DNA of 64,000 nt from Minisyncoccota bacterium (GTDB taxonomy: Bacteria; Patescibacteriota; Minisyncoccia; Phycocordibacterales; JABAAK01), in contig OZ241963.1 of assembly GCA_965204115.1 (NCBI GenBank), positions 10,632-74,631 on the forward strand. The letters run 5' to 3'. The notes under the pieces were generated by a model. That model was not told where the DNA came from, did not search any database, and saw nothing but the letters and a program-made list of their open reading frames with translations. The position numbers and the translations under genes were made by a program. Positions 1 to 9,252 of this stretch are shown one piece after another; the stretch's first letter is position 1; each line of letters opens with the position of its first letter.

Positions 1-72
1 CTGGAAGAACTTCTCGCACTACTGATTGAGCGGGAGCAACGCTCTGATTTACCCCCGTGGCTTACTGTTTAG
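1..72 (+). CDS. 3' end of a gene entering the window (…LEELLALLIEREQRSDLPPWLTV*), product unknown
   Basis: Frame 1 is open from base 1 to TAG at 70-72 and is followed directly by a strong hairpin. Confidence 0.5.
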   Translation: MEELLALLIEREQRSDLPPWLTV

Positions 73-87
73 TTCGGTAGGCAAAAA

Positions 88-124
88 GAAACGGAGGTGT
101 GGCTATGAGCCACGCCTCCGTTTC
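88..124. terminator. Likely bidirectional intrinsic terminator
   Basis: gaaacggaggtgtggct-atg-agccacgcctccgtttc, 17-bp stem with one G-U pair, A-run on the left. Confidence 0.75.
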
Positions 125-171
125 GTATTGGGTTATTCGCTTTTTGCGCTGAGGATGATGAACACCACCGC
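116..171. repeat. Direct repeat, copy 1: displaced 3' end of the DUF378 gene
   Basis: 56 bp matching 5673-5728 with 2 mismatches. Confidence 0.9.
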
Positions 172-245
172 CAACAACTTCCGCAAGAGGAAACACCAGA
201 TGCGAATGCTCAGTGAAAAGAAAATGACCATGCTACTATATTCAG

Positions 246-943
246 TGTATGACCAATAAACACAACAACATAAGCAAGTATATTTTTCAGAGTGTAGCAG
301 CACTCTTCATTATTTCTTTATTCGTAACCGCATCCCTGCTCACCTATGCGCAGGAGGAGGCACCTGCCACCGAGAAGGCAAATGATCTTCCGTATGAGTT
401 AGGCGTGGTGTTAGTACAGTATGAGGATACGGTATTTCAGGCACAAGTAAACGACGGCGGGGAAGCAGGTGTGGTACAGGTTCCGGGAGGACTCCTTGAT
501 AACCTTGACGGCGACCTAGGACCGGTAGCGATTGTCAATGATCTCCTCACCGAAGAAGGATTTGCACCTAAACTTATCGAACGATTCCCTGACCTTAACG
601 CTGAAGTAATACACCTTGGTGAGGATGTTGATCCACTTTCCGTTATGGACTCACTCATTGCACTACCCGGTGTTGTGTTAGTACAACCAAACTTCCTCTA
701 TGAACCAACACAAGCACCCAATGATCCGAAGCTCAGTGATGCATGGCACCTTATCCATACGCAGGTATACAGTACAGACCAAAGTGACAACGAAACAGCG
801 TGGAAAGCTATAGACGGACTCACTACCGCAACCTATGTACCAACCATCGCTGTGATAGACACCGGCATTGATACGGAGCATCCTGAGTTTAAAGATGTCA
901 GTGCGAACAGAGACAAACCGCAGTTTAACCGGTTGTTGAATTT
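246..943 (+). repeat. 698-bp direct repeat, copy 1 (copy 2 at 25301-25998)
   Basis: Appears identical by eye from tgtATGaccaataaac to gttgttgaattt, offset 25055; the translations are identical up to …FNRLLNL. Confidence 0.92.
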
Positions 944-3900
944 GTCGCATTGTAATCTTCCTGTTTTCAATCTTGATACAGAGCCGGATCGCACAAAATC
1001 CACTACAACCACTTGTCCCTGGGGTGGCTATAACTTTGCCGGTAATAGCAATGATGTCCGCCATTCTGCCCGTGGCTCTGATATTAACGCCGGAATCTAT
1101 AGCAGCGCGTCGTATCACGGAACCAGAGTTGCCGGAGTCGCCGCGGCAAACCGAGATAACGAACTTGGTGCAGTCGGAGTTGCTCCGTTCGCTCATATCA
1201 TGCCCATTCGTGTAGCTTTTGCTGATACAAGAACTATTCTTAAAAGCGTCGCTTTTGCTCGGTTGAATGGGGCGGATGTTATCAATGCGAGTTTTGGTAC
1301 ATCGCATCCCAATACGCTGTGTTCCCACTTGTATCGCTCCGGTAGAACATCGCAGTCCCTTTTGGAATATCAACAAATTCGTAATTTCCCCGGGCTGTTT
1401 GTTGCTGCCGCAGGTAACCAGGGCAGAAGAATAAGTGACAATGGGCATTCCTTTGATTTGCCCGCTGATTTTAATCAGGATATGAGTGCACAAGGGTGCT
1501 GGGACGCGGCGCCGAATGTTCTATCTGTCGGCGGGACAGAAAAGGGTAAGGACATAGATGGTGATACTACGCTTACCGCTGCTGAAGAGGCCACTGTAGC
1601 AGCACAGGGGATAGATGAGGTTCGTTGGAAGGTCAGCGAATATGCCGAAGAAGGTTCCAATTATAGTGCGGGGGTAGATATCGCCGCGCCGGCACAAAAT
1701 ATCGTCCTGCCGTCAGTAACTACGGTTGATGGTCAGAAAGTGTATGGGACAGAAGCGATAGAAGGCACCTCCTTTTCTGCACCGCAGGTCGCCGGCGTTG
1801 TCGCCTTGATGCTGCGAGCGAACAAAGACCTGACAACAGCACAGATAAAGCAACGGCTGCTTGAATCAGCGGATGAGTTGGTTGCTCTGGTGGGTCCTGA
1901 TTGTGAGCCGGGTACTGTTGATGATTATGTCTATCGAGGAAGAAGATTGAATGCGTACAATGCGGTTCGGGCTGCTTTGGATCTTCCGTATACAAAGAAG
2001 CGTGTGTCTGATTTGACTGACGCTCAGAAAAACACCTGTCTTCAGGGGGGTAAGGATTTGGACGGCAATGGTCTTATAGAAATCAACACGGCTGAGCAGT
2101 TGTATAATATGCGGCATAATCTCGCGGGTACCAGTTACAAAACCAGCAGCACGGACCCGGGTGTTACCACTGGCTGCCCCTCAACGGGATGTTACGGCTA
2201 TGAACTGGTGCATGATGTTGATTTGCGTGATACTCCGTGGGAAACTGCCGGTTGGATGCCGATTGATGGCTTTAGCGGAACCTTCAAGAACAATAGATAC
2301 TTTGTCTATTATCTTTCCAGTGTTCGTCCTTCCTCGGCGGGGCATAGGATTTTCGGTACCAGTGATGCTGCCGCAAAGGTGCAGGATCCGGTGTTTTACG
2401 GTGATGCGTATTGGGGTTGTGATTCCGGCACGCGTACGGGCTGTGTTTTGCAATCGGCCAACCATCTGAGTACCGCTTCCGGCTCCTGTTCAGGCGGTGG
2501 TGTCGGCTCCTGTTCCTATCGCTGTGAAAAAGGTTCCTGGGTTGAGGTGACGAATACCTGTCCGCAGGCCGTTTCCTGTGTTACTGATCTCGGCACGCTT
2601 TCAAATGACACTGTTTCTCAGCAAGGTTCCTTCGGGTCCGGCTGTGAAAGTACTGTTCGTTTACGGAGTTATGCGCATTATTATACTTTCACCTTGAGCG
2701 AGCAGAAAAAGGTTACCATTGATCTGGCCGGGAATGCCGGCTCTCTTTCAATTACGCGCCCTAATGCTTACCTGTACCTGAGTAACAATACATCCACAAA
2801 GTGGAATCGTTCGGGCAGTATCATAACGAGCGATGACCATAGCGGCGCTACTCTCGGTGCTGCGCGTATTACGCGTGTTCTCTCTCCCGGCACCTACACT
2901 ATAGAAGCGACAACTGCTTATTCTGCGGAAACCGGCCCTTACACTATGCGTGTGAGTGCCGCTGCTGTGACCATCAGTAATTGTCCCGGAAATACTAATC
3001 ACCTATGGCGTGTGGGTAATGATGTCTGCACCGGTGTTCTTCAGCCCACTGCTGTAAATGCCTCGCAGACCGTTGTTGATCAGTCGGGGTCAACCACAGG
3101 TTCTGTAACCTACCACTGTGATGTCAACGGCTATCTGACCGAAACTGATGTCACCTGTAGCCGCGCAACTGTTACCTGTCCTGCTGCTGACAAAACATGG
3201 GTTCAGGGTAGTGCCACTTGTCAAGGTAGTATGCGTGCTGCACCTGCAGGGAGCGCGCGAACCATTGCTGATCAGTTGGAGCCAACGGTCGGCTCCGCCA
3301 CCTATCAGTGCGGCACTGACGGTCGTTGGAGTGCAGTCGGCAATGTGACCTGTATGCCCGGTGTCTGTCCATCTGTTGATCAGGCATGGACTGTAGGCCA
3401 TTTTGTTTGTCGTGGTAGTACCGGTACCGCCACTGCGGGCAGTGTGCAATCTGCTGTTGATGCGGTAGGGTCGGAGACCGGATCTGCAAGCTATCGGTGT
3501 GGTGTTGATGGCCGTTGGACCGCAACAGGAAACGCTGTGTGTGTTGCCGTCGCCTGCCCGGCAATTTCCAATCAAGAATGGTTGACCGCCAATGGTCGTA
3601 GAAGATGTAGCGCGGACCTTGCCGGTGCCGTTCCGGGGGATTCACAGACCATCACTGATACTACCGCACCAACTGCCGGTTCCGCCACCTATCAGTGCGG
3701 TACTGACGGTCGTTGGACCAAGACATCTGGCACCTGTGATCTCATTACTTGCCCTGCTGTTGTTAATCAAACATGGACGGTGAGCGGCAGTACCTGCGAT
3801 AGTCCTCTCGTTTCCGTTCTTGCAGGTGAATCAATGAGAATATGGGACAGAGAGGGGCCGACAATCGGCGCTGCTGAATATCAATGCGGTGTTGACGGCG

Positions 3901-4166
3901 CCTGGGTTAAAACCGGTGGAAACTGCGTTAGTTCCGTGAAGACCTGTCCGTCTATCGCCAGTCAGGTATGGGAGGTGAACGGTAACACCTGCACCCGAAA
4001 TAGATCCATACCTACCACTGCCATTGGTGAATCAGCAACCGTGCTTGATACCAATAGACCAACCATTGGTGTCGCGACCTACCGCTGCGGTACTGACGGC
4101 ACCTGGACCCGAACCAGCGCGATCTGCAACGAAATTGCCACCACACCACCCGATCCGGAAGGATAG
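249..4166 (+). CDS. Secreted S8 (subtilisin-like) serine protease with a PPC-like domain and C-terminal Cys-rich repeats
   Basis: Signal peptide; catalytic motifs VIDTG, YHGTRVAG, AAAGN, GTSFSAP; PPC-like 'LSPGTYTIEAT'; about six CP..W.V...C…YxC..DG.W…C repeats. Confidence 0.9.
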   Translation: MTNKHNNISKYIFQSVAALFIISLFVTASLLTYAQEEAPATEKANDLPYELGVVLVQYEDTVFQAQVNDGGEAGVVQVPGGLLDNLDGDLGPVAIVNDLLTEEGFAPKLIERFPDLNAEVIHLGEDVDPLSVMDSLIALPGVVLVQPNFLYEPTQAPNDPKLSDAWHLIHTQVYSTDQSDNETAWKAIDGLTTATYVPTIAVIDTGIDTEHPEFKDVSANRDKPQFNRLLNLSHCNLPVFNLDTEPDRTKSTTTTCPWGGYNFAGNSNDVRHSARGSDINAGIYSSASYHGTRVAGVAAANRDNELGAVGVAPFAHIMPIRVAFADTRTILKSVAFARLNGADVINASFGTSHPNTLCSHLYRSGRTSQSLLEYQQIRNFPGLFVAAAGNQGRRISDNGHSFDLPADFNQDMSAQGCWDAAPNVLSVGGTEKGKDIDGDTTLTAAEEATVAAQGIDEVRWKVSEYAEEGSNYSAGVDIAAPAQNIVLPSVTTVDGQKVYGTEAIEGTSFSAPQVAGVVALMLRANKDLTTAQIKQRLLESADELVALVGPDCEPGTVDDYVYRGRRLNAYNAVRAALDLPYTKKRVSDLTDAQKNTCLQGGKDLDGNGLIEINTAEQLYNMRHNLAGTSYKTSSTDPGVTTGCPSTGCYGYELVHDVDLRDTPWETAGWMPIDGFSGTFKNNRYFVYYLSSVRPSSAGHRIFGTSDAAAKVQDPVFYGDAYWGCDSGTRTGCVLQSANHLSTASGSCSGGGVGSCSYRCEKGSWVEVTNTCPQAVSCVTDLGTLSNDTVSQQGSFGSGCESTVRLRSYAHYYTFTLSEQKKVTIDLAGNAGSLSITRPNAYLYLSNNTSTKWNRSGSIITSDDHSGATLGAARITRVLSPGTYTIEATTAYSAETGPYTMRVSAAAVTISNCPGNTNHLWRVGNDVCTGVLQPTAVNASQTVVDQSGSTTGSVTYHCDVNGYLTETDVTCSRATVTCPAADKTWVQGSATCQGSMRAAPAGSARTIADQLEPTVGSATYQCGTDGRWSAVGNVTCMPGVCPSVDQAWTVGHFVCRGSTGTATAGSVQSAVDAVGSETGSASYRCGVDGRWTATGNAVCVAVACPAISNQEWLTANGRRRCSADLAGAVPGDSQTITDTTAPTAGSATYQCGTDGRWTKTSGTCDLITCPAVVNQTWTVSGSTCDSPLVSVLAGESMRIWDREGPTIGAAEYQCGVDGAWVKTGGNCVSSVKTCPSIASQVWEVNGNTCTRNRSIPTTAIGESATVLDTNRPTIGVATYRCGTDGTWTRTSAICNEIATTPPDPEG

Positions 4167-4399
4167 TTTCATATTACTTATCCTGACAGCGTCAGATATG
4201 CGTTTGTCGGGCGTGTAGCATGTATTTTGTTTGGCGGAGGACTGCTATTGGTTGCATATGTGTGCACTTCGCTGTTTTTTTGTGCTGTATACTATGGGTG
4301 TTTCACTCTCTTTCTTTTGTGTGGAAATTGTTGGGTTGCTTTGGTTGGGGGTGTTATGATAGGGGAGTGCATCCCACTTTATTTCCTAATTTGTATACT

Positions 4400-5620
4400 A
4401 TGACTATGTACATAAAAAATAAAAATACACGATGGCATTTGGCGATGGGGCTATTTGCCCTCATTTTCTTTTTTTCATTCGGTGCTGTTTTCCCGGTTGT
4501 TGGTCAGGCGATGCCTGATCAGGATACTGATACTGAGCAGTGTGATGACTCTGCGCGAAAGCAGTTTGAGCGGGAGTTTGAGGAAAAACTTACCGCTTAC
4601 TTTCGTTCTCCGATGTCTCCGGAACGAAGGAAGCGATATGATGCAAGTTGGAAGTGTCAAATGAATGAATCATCCCTTCTTGATTACCGTGAAGATTCCT
4701 GTATTGATAAAACATTTAGTAATTTGCCGGGTGACCGATCTTCTAGGTTGAAGGGCAAACTCTTTTTTATAGATGATGATTATCGGTACTCCCTTCCGTG
4801 GACGCATCAGGCGAGTACCAAATCTCTTCTTGATGTGCTTCACCCTAAGGGGAGTACTGATTTTTTCCCGTTTGCTGCCGGTCTCGGGTATTCGGTTACC
4901 GGTGACTACACTGTGTCGGGAGGTATGGCAGCGCAATACAGAAAAACCCCCAGAAATTCGCTGGTCTCTATGTCGGCGGTATGGGTGCGGCATAAGCCGG
5001 TTTTGGTGGATGGCTCTTTAGTTTTGCCATATATCAATTCTGCTGATCTTGGCAAGCATGGTTGCCTCATCTCAACGGTGGGCAATAATGATGACCCTCT
5101 GATTTCTATGACTTCTGCGGAAAGGGCACACATCAAGAAGGTTGTTACGGATGAGAATGCCTGTGTTTTGTTTATTGCTCGTATATCGCAAAATCAAGAG
5201 GGTAGGGGTTCTCTTTCAGGTCCTTGCAGTGAGGAGTTGCGGGAATCGTGCCTTTTCTCTCATGGAAACTTCACTATTCCTCTGAAAACTGTGGACGGCA
5301 CCCGTAGTTATGGTAACCAAGAGTACACAAGCACCTCTTCGGTCGCACCGTATGTTGCTGAGGTTTTTGCGCGGTTGTGGAACTTTTTGCCGGCAGGTAC
5401 TGATGTGCGGGTTGCGCGGGACATCATCGCCGGGTGCACCTTCGGATTTGCCGGTACGGCTCAGGCGTATGATAAAGTTGCCGGTGGTCGGTTGAGTTTG
5501 GAGTGTGTTCGTGAGCAGGCGCAGGCGCTGTTTTATCGTGCGTTGGCGGCACAGGGGGCAGATACACTGTTCGGTCCTGCGTGTGAGGAAGAGGAGCAGG
5601 GAAGTGAGAGCAGTGAGTAG
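4400..5620 (+). CDS. Secreted protein with a degenerate subtilase-like C-terminal half
   Basis: Hydrophobic signal segment; STVGNND and TSSVAPYVA resemble the S8 oxyanion-Asn and catalytic-Ser motifs; no clear DTG/HGT; start taken at ATG 4400. Confidence 0.55.
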   Translation: MTMYIKNKNTRWHLAMGLFALIFFFSFGAVFPVVGQAMPDQDTDTEQCDDSARKQFEREFEEKLTAYFRSPMSPERRKRYDASWKCQMNESSLLDYREDSCIDKTFSNLPGDRSSRLKGKLFFIDDDYRYSLPWTHQASTKSLLDVLHPKGSTDFFPFAAGLGYSVTGDYTVSGGMAAQYRKTPRNSLVSMSAVWVRHKPVLVDGSLVLPYINSADLGKHGCLISTVGNNDDPLISMTSAERAHIKKVVTDENACVLFIARISQNQEGRGSLSGPCSEELRESCLFSHGNFTIPLKTVDGTRSYGNQEYTSTSSVAPYVAEVFARLWNFLPAGTDVRVARDIIAGCTFGFAGTAQAYDKVAGGRLSLECVREQAQALFYRALAAQGADTLFGPACEEEEQGSESSE

Positions 5621-5672
5621 TGACTCAGGTAGCCACCTACACCCCTACAAACATAGTTTCATTGAGCTACAT

Positions 5673-5728
5673 CTCCGTTTCATATTGGGTTATTCGCTTT
5701 TTGCGTTGAGGATGATGAACACCACCGC
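5673..5728. repeat. Direct repeat, copy 2, covering the 3' end of the intact DUF378 gene
   Basis: Matches 116-171 (54/56). Confidence 0.9.
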
Positions 5729-5908
5729 TGCTATTCCGACTATGGCGTAGGTGATGTCGGCGAAAATCAGTGGGGTTTTTAGGAGGCCGACCCAGAACCA
5801 GTCAACCAAGTCAAATGATCGGTTGAAAAGGATGCTTGCAGTTCCGACTATCCCCCAGTTGAGTGCGCCGATGATGGTGATAATTTTTGTGATGCGATAG
5901 AGTAGCAT
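5690..5908 (-). CDS. DUF378 family small membrane protein
   Basis: IIGALNWGIVG…FDLV…YAIVGIAAV signature. Confidence 0.85.
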   Translation of the reverse strand: MLLYRITKIITIIGALNWGIVGTASILFNRSFDLVDWFWVGLLKTPLIFADITYAIVGIAAVVFIILNAKSE

Positions 5909-6069
5909 AGACTTGCTGTGTAATGAAATAATAAACCGAAACATATGTTGTTTCGTATATGTTATGTAGTATACCCCGGGAATCTCGGATTATATGCTTT
6001 TTAGTGGGTGTTGGGGAGAGGGCTGCTGTCTGGTTTACGGTTGTTGTATTGGTGGTATACTGGGTGTGT

Positions 6070-9009
6070 ATGAGGTACAAGCGGTTGTTTTTTGTGTTTA
6101 TTGTTCCGGCGTTGCTTTTTTCTTTTGTCCTGTTGGCGGTAGCAACTTTTTCTCCGTTGGGTGTGTGGTTTGCTACGGTCACCAATGCTATAGCACAATC
6201 AGACACCACCCCACCTACGGTTATTGCCGCAGAAACCAAGTACTACGCTGACAGTACGCTGTCAACGGTACTTGCTAACAGTTCTAACCGAAAAGCAGGA
6301 CAGGACATCTACACCAAGGTGAAGTTCTCAGAAAATGTTGTTACCCCACGACTGTGGCACCTCATTGGCTTCACGACAACGGGGTACAATCTTGTTGCAC
6401 ACGATGCCACCCTTTCAAGTGGCGAATGTAAACCAAAGAGCAGTACCGATACCAGTGAGTACACTTGTCGCTACACGACTGCCTCAAACACCAACGGTGT
6501 CTTCAGATTGGTTGTTGACGGTGCCTCTGACCAAGCGGGTAATACCCTCACCGCACTGTATTCCCACAGCGACACCCTTACCCTTGACAGTACACCGGCA
6601 ACCGTTGCGCAAGCACCTACCGGTCTCTCTGTCTCTCCCGGTACTGACGGTACCTCTCTTGCTGTTTCCTGGGCTGCAGTAGGCACTGCTACCGACTGGG
6701 ATGTGGCATACAGTAGGATTTTCTTGAACACCGATCGTACCGCCTACAGTAACTACCGCTCATGGCGAGATGCAGGACACACCGGCACCACCCCCTCTCA
6801 CACTATTACCGGCTTGCGGAATGGCGACCTCTATGCCGTACGCGTTCGTGCTGCTGACGGCTCCTGGACTCAGGAGGTGCAAGGAAGACCTCTCTCCTCA
6901 AACGCTCGTCTGAGCACCCTCTCAGCACAGGGCTACACGAAGCGTGGTACTTCTTCGGCTTTGACGCTTGCACCGGCATTTGACGCAAACACCACCACAT
7001 ACACCACCTCAGTCGGTCATTCAGTCACCTCGGTGAAACTGTCATTTACCCTTGCCGGACCCTGTGCCTACACGAACGAAGGCCCGAACGGCTTCACCTA
7101 CACCGGCTGGTGTCCTATGGCGGAGTCAGGCAAGCGAGGTGCAACACGCACCGATGCCGATTCCAGTTCCTCAGAGAGTACTCGTGTTGCCCTTACTGAC
7201 GGTGATACCGTGATTGATGTTGTCGTTACCTCGCAGGATGGCACCACCACCAACACCTACACGGTTACGGTCACCCGAGAGTCCGCCACACAGACCGACA
7301 CGAGAGCATACGGTAGTCCGTTTACCGCGCCTACCTCGTTTACGCTTACCCCCGGAGAGAGTAAGCTTGCCGTTTCTTGGGGTGCCCCCATACTCGGCGA
7401 CCGAGAACTACTCAGCTATACGCTGCGTTACAAGCGCAGTACCGCTCCTGATGCGGATGGTGCCGGTAACCCTGCTCAAGGGTGGGTAACCCAATCTTTT
7501 GGGATATCTTACGGTGCGGACGCTCCTATGCGCACCACCATCGGCTCATTACGTAACCTTATCTCCTATGATGTGCAGGTGCGTGCACGCGCTCGCTCTA
7601 CCGCAGACGGTGTCTATGTGTACAGTCCATGGGCAACCGGACAGGCAACCCCGGTCTTTGAGCCGGTTTCACTCTCGGATCTCTACACCTTCCCCTGGAC
7701 CGGTGAGATACCACTCCGAGAGATAGATGGCAGTATCGGGTGTAACTCGGTAACGGAGTGTTCTACCTCTTTCACCCTGGAGCGGAATGGTTCTAATCCG
7801 GATACGAGGTACCACATCAAAGAGGTGCTCCTCTCCCCTGATGGACACCTCAGTATTACCCTGCGAGACAGACCGTTTCGGGAGGTGCTTGATGGACTCT
7901 CCCTGTATGTGCGTGATATGCGTATGTCGTACGGTGACTGGTGTGAGAATGTGCAGCGGAGGCGAACAAACTTACCGGGACAGCTGCTTCCACCAATCTC
8001 TGACCCCCGCTACTTCTCAGTCGGAGATGCCGTCAGATCAAACTCCAACAAAACCATAACCTTCCGTAACACCGGCTTGGTATGGTTTACGCTGGAGGAC
8101 GGCAACGAAGGACAAACCACCCGCAACATTATGCCGAAAACCGAGATTGGCTTTACGAAGGAGGATGGTTCTGATGTTGCAGAAACCTCGCCGATTCGTG
8201 GATGTCCTCTTGTTGAGTACAATCGCTATATACGAGAACTTGAACGGGGCGTTGTGCCGATTATACGGGAGCAATTTATACCACAGCGGTTGTCCGGGTT
8301 GCAAGTGCCTGATCCTGACCAGTTGCAGCGGCAGGTACCGCAGGTACCGCCGGAGAATACTCCTCGGGAGCGACTACCGGGAACCTCCGGTGAGCCGTCA
8401 GCGGTGTTGGTTCGTGATATTGGTACACCGCAAGACCCGCCACGAGACAATCCTCCGGAGGACGGCTCGCCACAACCCCAACGGCAAACACTGTCAGAAG
8501 ATCGAGAGCCGGACACCGATCGTCAACAACGAACCCCGTCTGAAGAGCAGCCGAGGGTGATTATTGTTCGTGATACCAGGTCATCAGAGCGGGATCCGCA
8601 GCCCCAGCGGCAGGCGACACCGGAAGGTCAGGACCCGGACACTGATCGTCAACAACAAACCCCACCTGAAGAGCAGCCGAGAGTGATTCTTGTTCGTGAT
8701 ACCAGATCATCAGAGCAGCCGCCGCAGCCCCAACGGCAGGCGACACCGGAAGGTCAGGACCCGGACAGCAATCGTCGTCCGTTATCAGGGCGAGTGTTGT
8801 CTGAACAGCCCCGTCCGAATACGCCTCTGTCTGATGGATCAGAACCACAAGAGCAGTCCACAACCACCCCTCCGCCTGAAGAAGACACAGAAGAGTCGTC
8901 ACAAGAGGGCGGTGAGGGTGAGGAAGAGCAGAAAGCGTCTACCGTCCGCTCAATCGCCCGTTATTTGCAATCTATCGTGTCAGACATTTTCTCATTTTTG
9001 ACGAAGTAG
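6070..9009 (+). CDS. Secreted surface protein: Ig-like module, FN3 domains, cadherin-like beta-sandwich, Pro/Gln/Glu-rich tail
   Basis: Signal peptide; APTGLSV…LAVSW…YAVRVRA (FN3); SSNARLSTL…APAFDANTTTY…VTSQDGTTTNTYTVTVTR (cadherin-like); TATACT just upstream of ATG 6070. Confidence 0.8.
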   Translation: MRYKRLFFVFIVPALLFSFVLLAVATFSPLGVWFATVTNAIAQSDTTPPTVIAAETKYYADSTLSTVLANSSNRKAGQDIYTKVKFSENVVTPRLWHLIGFTTTGYNLVAHDATLSSGECKPKSSTDTSEYTCRYTTASNTNGVFRLVVDGASDQAGNTLTALYSHSDTLTLDSTPATVAQAPTGLSVSPGTDGTSLAVSWAAVGTATDWDVAYSRIFLNTDRTAYSNYRSWRDAGHTGTTPSHTITGLRNGDLYAVRVRAADGSWTQEVQGRPLSSNARLSTLSAQGYTKRGTSSALTLAPAFDANTTTYTTSVGHSVTSVKLSFTLAGPCAYTNEGPNGFTYTGWCPMAESGKRGATRTDADSSSSESTRVALTDGDTVIDVVVTSQDGTTTNTYTVTVTRESATQTDTRAYGSPFTAPTSFTLTPGESKLAVSWGAPILGDRELLSYTLRYKRSTAPDADGAGNPAQGWVTQSFGISYGADAPMRTTIGSLRNLISYDVQVRARARSTADGVYVYSPWATGQATPVFEPVSLSDLYTFPWTGEIPLREIDGSIGCNSVTECSTSFTLERNGSNPDTRYHIKEVLLSPDGHLSITLRDRPFREVLDGLSLYVRDMRMSYGDWCENVQRRRTNLPGQLLPPISDPRYFSVGDAVRSNSNKTITFRNTGLVWFTLEDGNEGQTTRNIMPKTEIGFTKEDGSDVAETSPIRGCPLVEYNRYIRELERGVVPIIREQFIPQRLSGLQVPDPDQLQRQVPQVPPENTPRERLPGTSGEPSAVLVRDIGTPQDPPRDNPPEDGSPQPQRQTLSEDREPDTDRQQRTPSEEQPRVIIVRDTRSSERDPQPQRQATPEGQDPDTDRQQQTPPEEQPRVILVRDTRSSEQPPQPQRQATPEGQDPDSNRRPLSGRVLSEQPRPNTPLSDGSEPQEQSTTTPPPEEDTEESSQEGGEGEEEQKASTVRSIARYLQSIVSDIFSFLTK
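8470..8776 (+). repeat. Intragenic tandem repeat, 126-bp (42-aa) period, about 2.5 copies
   Basis: ccggacac/ag…atcgtc recurs at 8509, 8635 and 8761. Confidence 0.85.
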
Positions 9010-9252
9010 GCGGCAGTGAACACCTTTGATTTTTTGACGCTGCTGTTTGTGTGGCATATGACCGATTCTTGTCAGTGATGTGTTGTTGTGTTTTTTATAC
9101 TGAGGTGACTTTTGCTGCTTTTTACTAGTGTATATGTGTTGTCTGGTGTAGTTTTGTGTGGAAAAAATCAGGTGCAATTGTTTTTTGATGGCATTCTGTT
9201 AGAGTTGGTTGTGGTGGTTTATTTATTATTATTTCATTACATTTTAGAAAAT

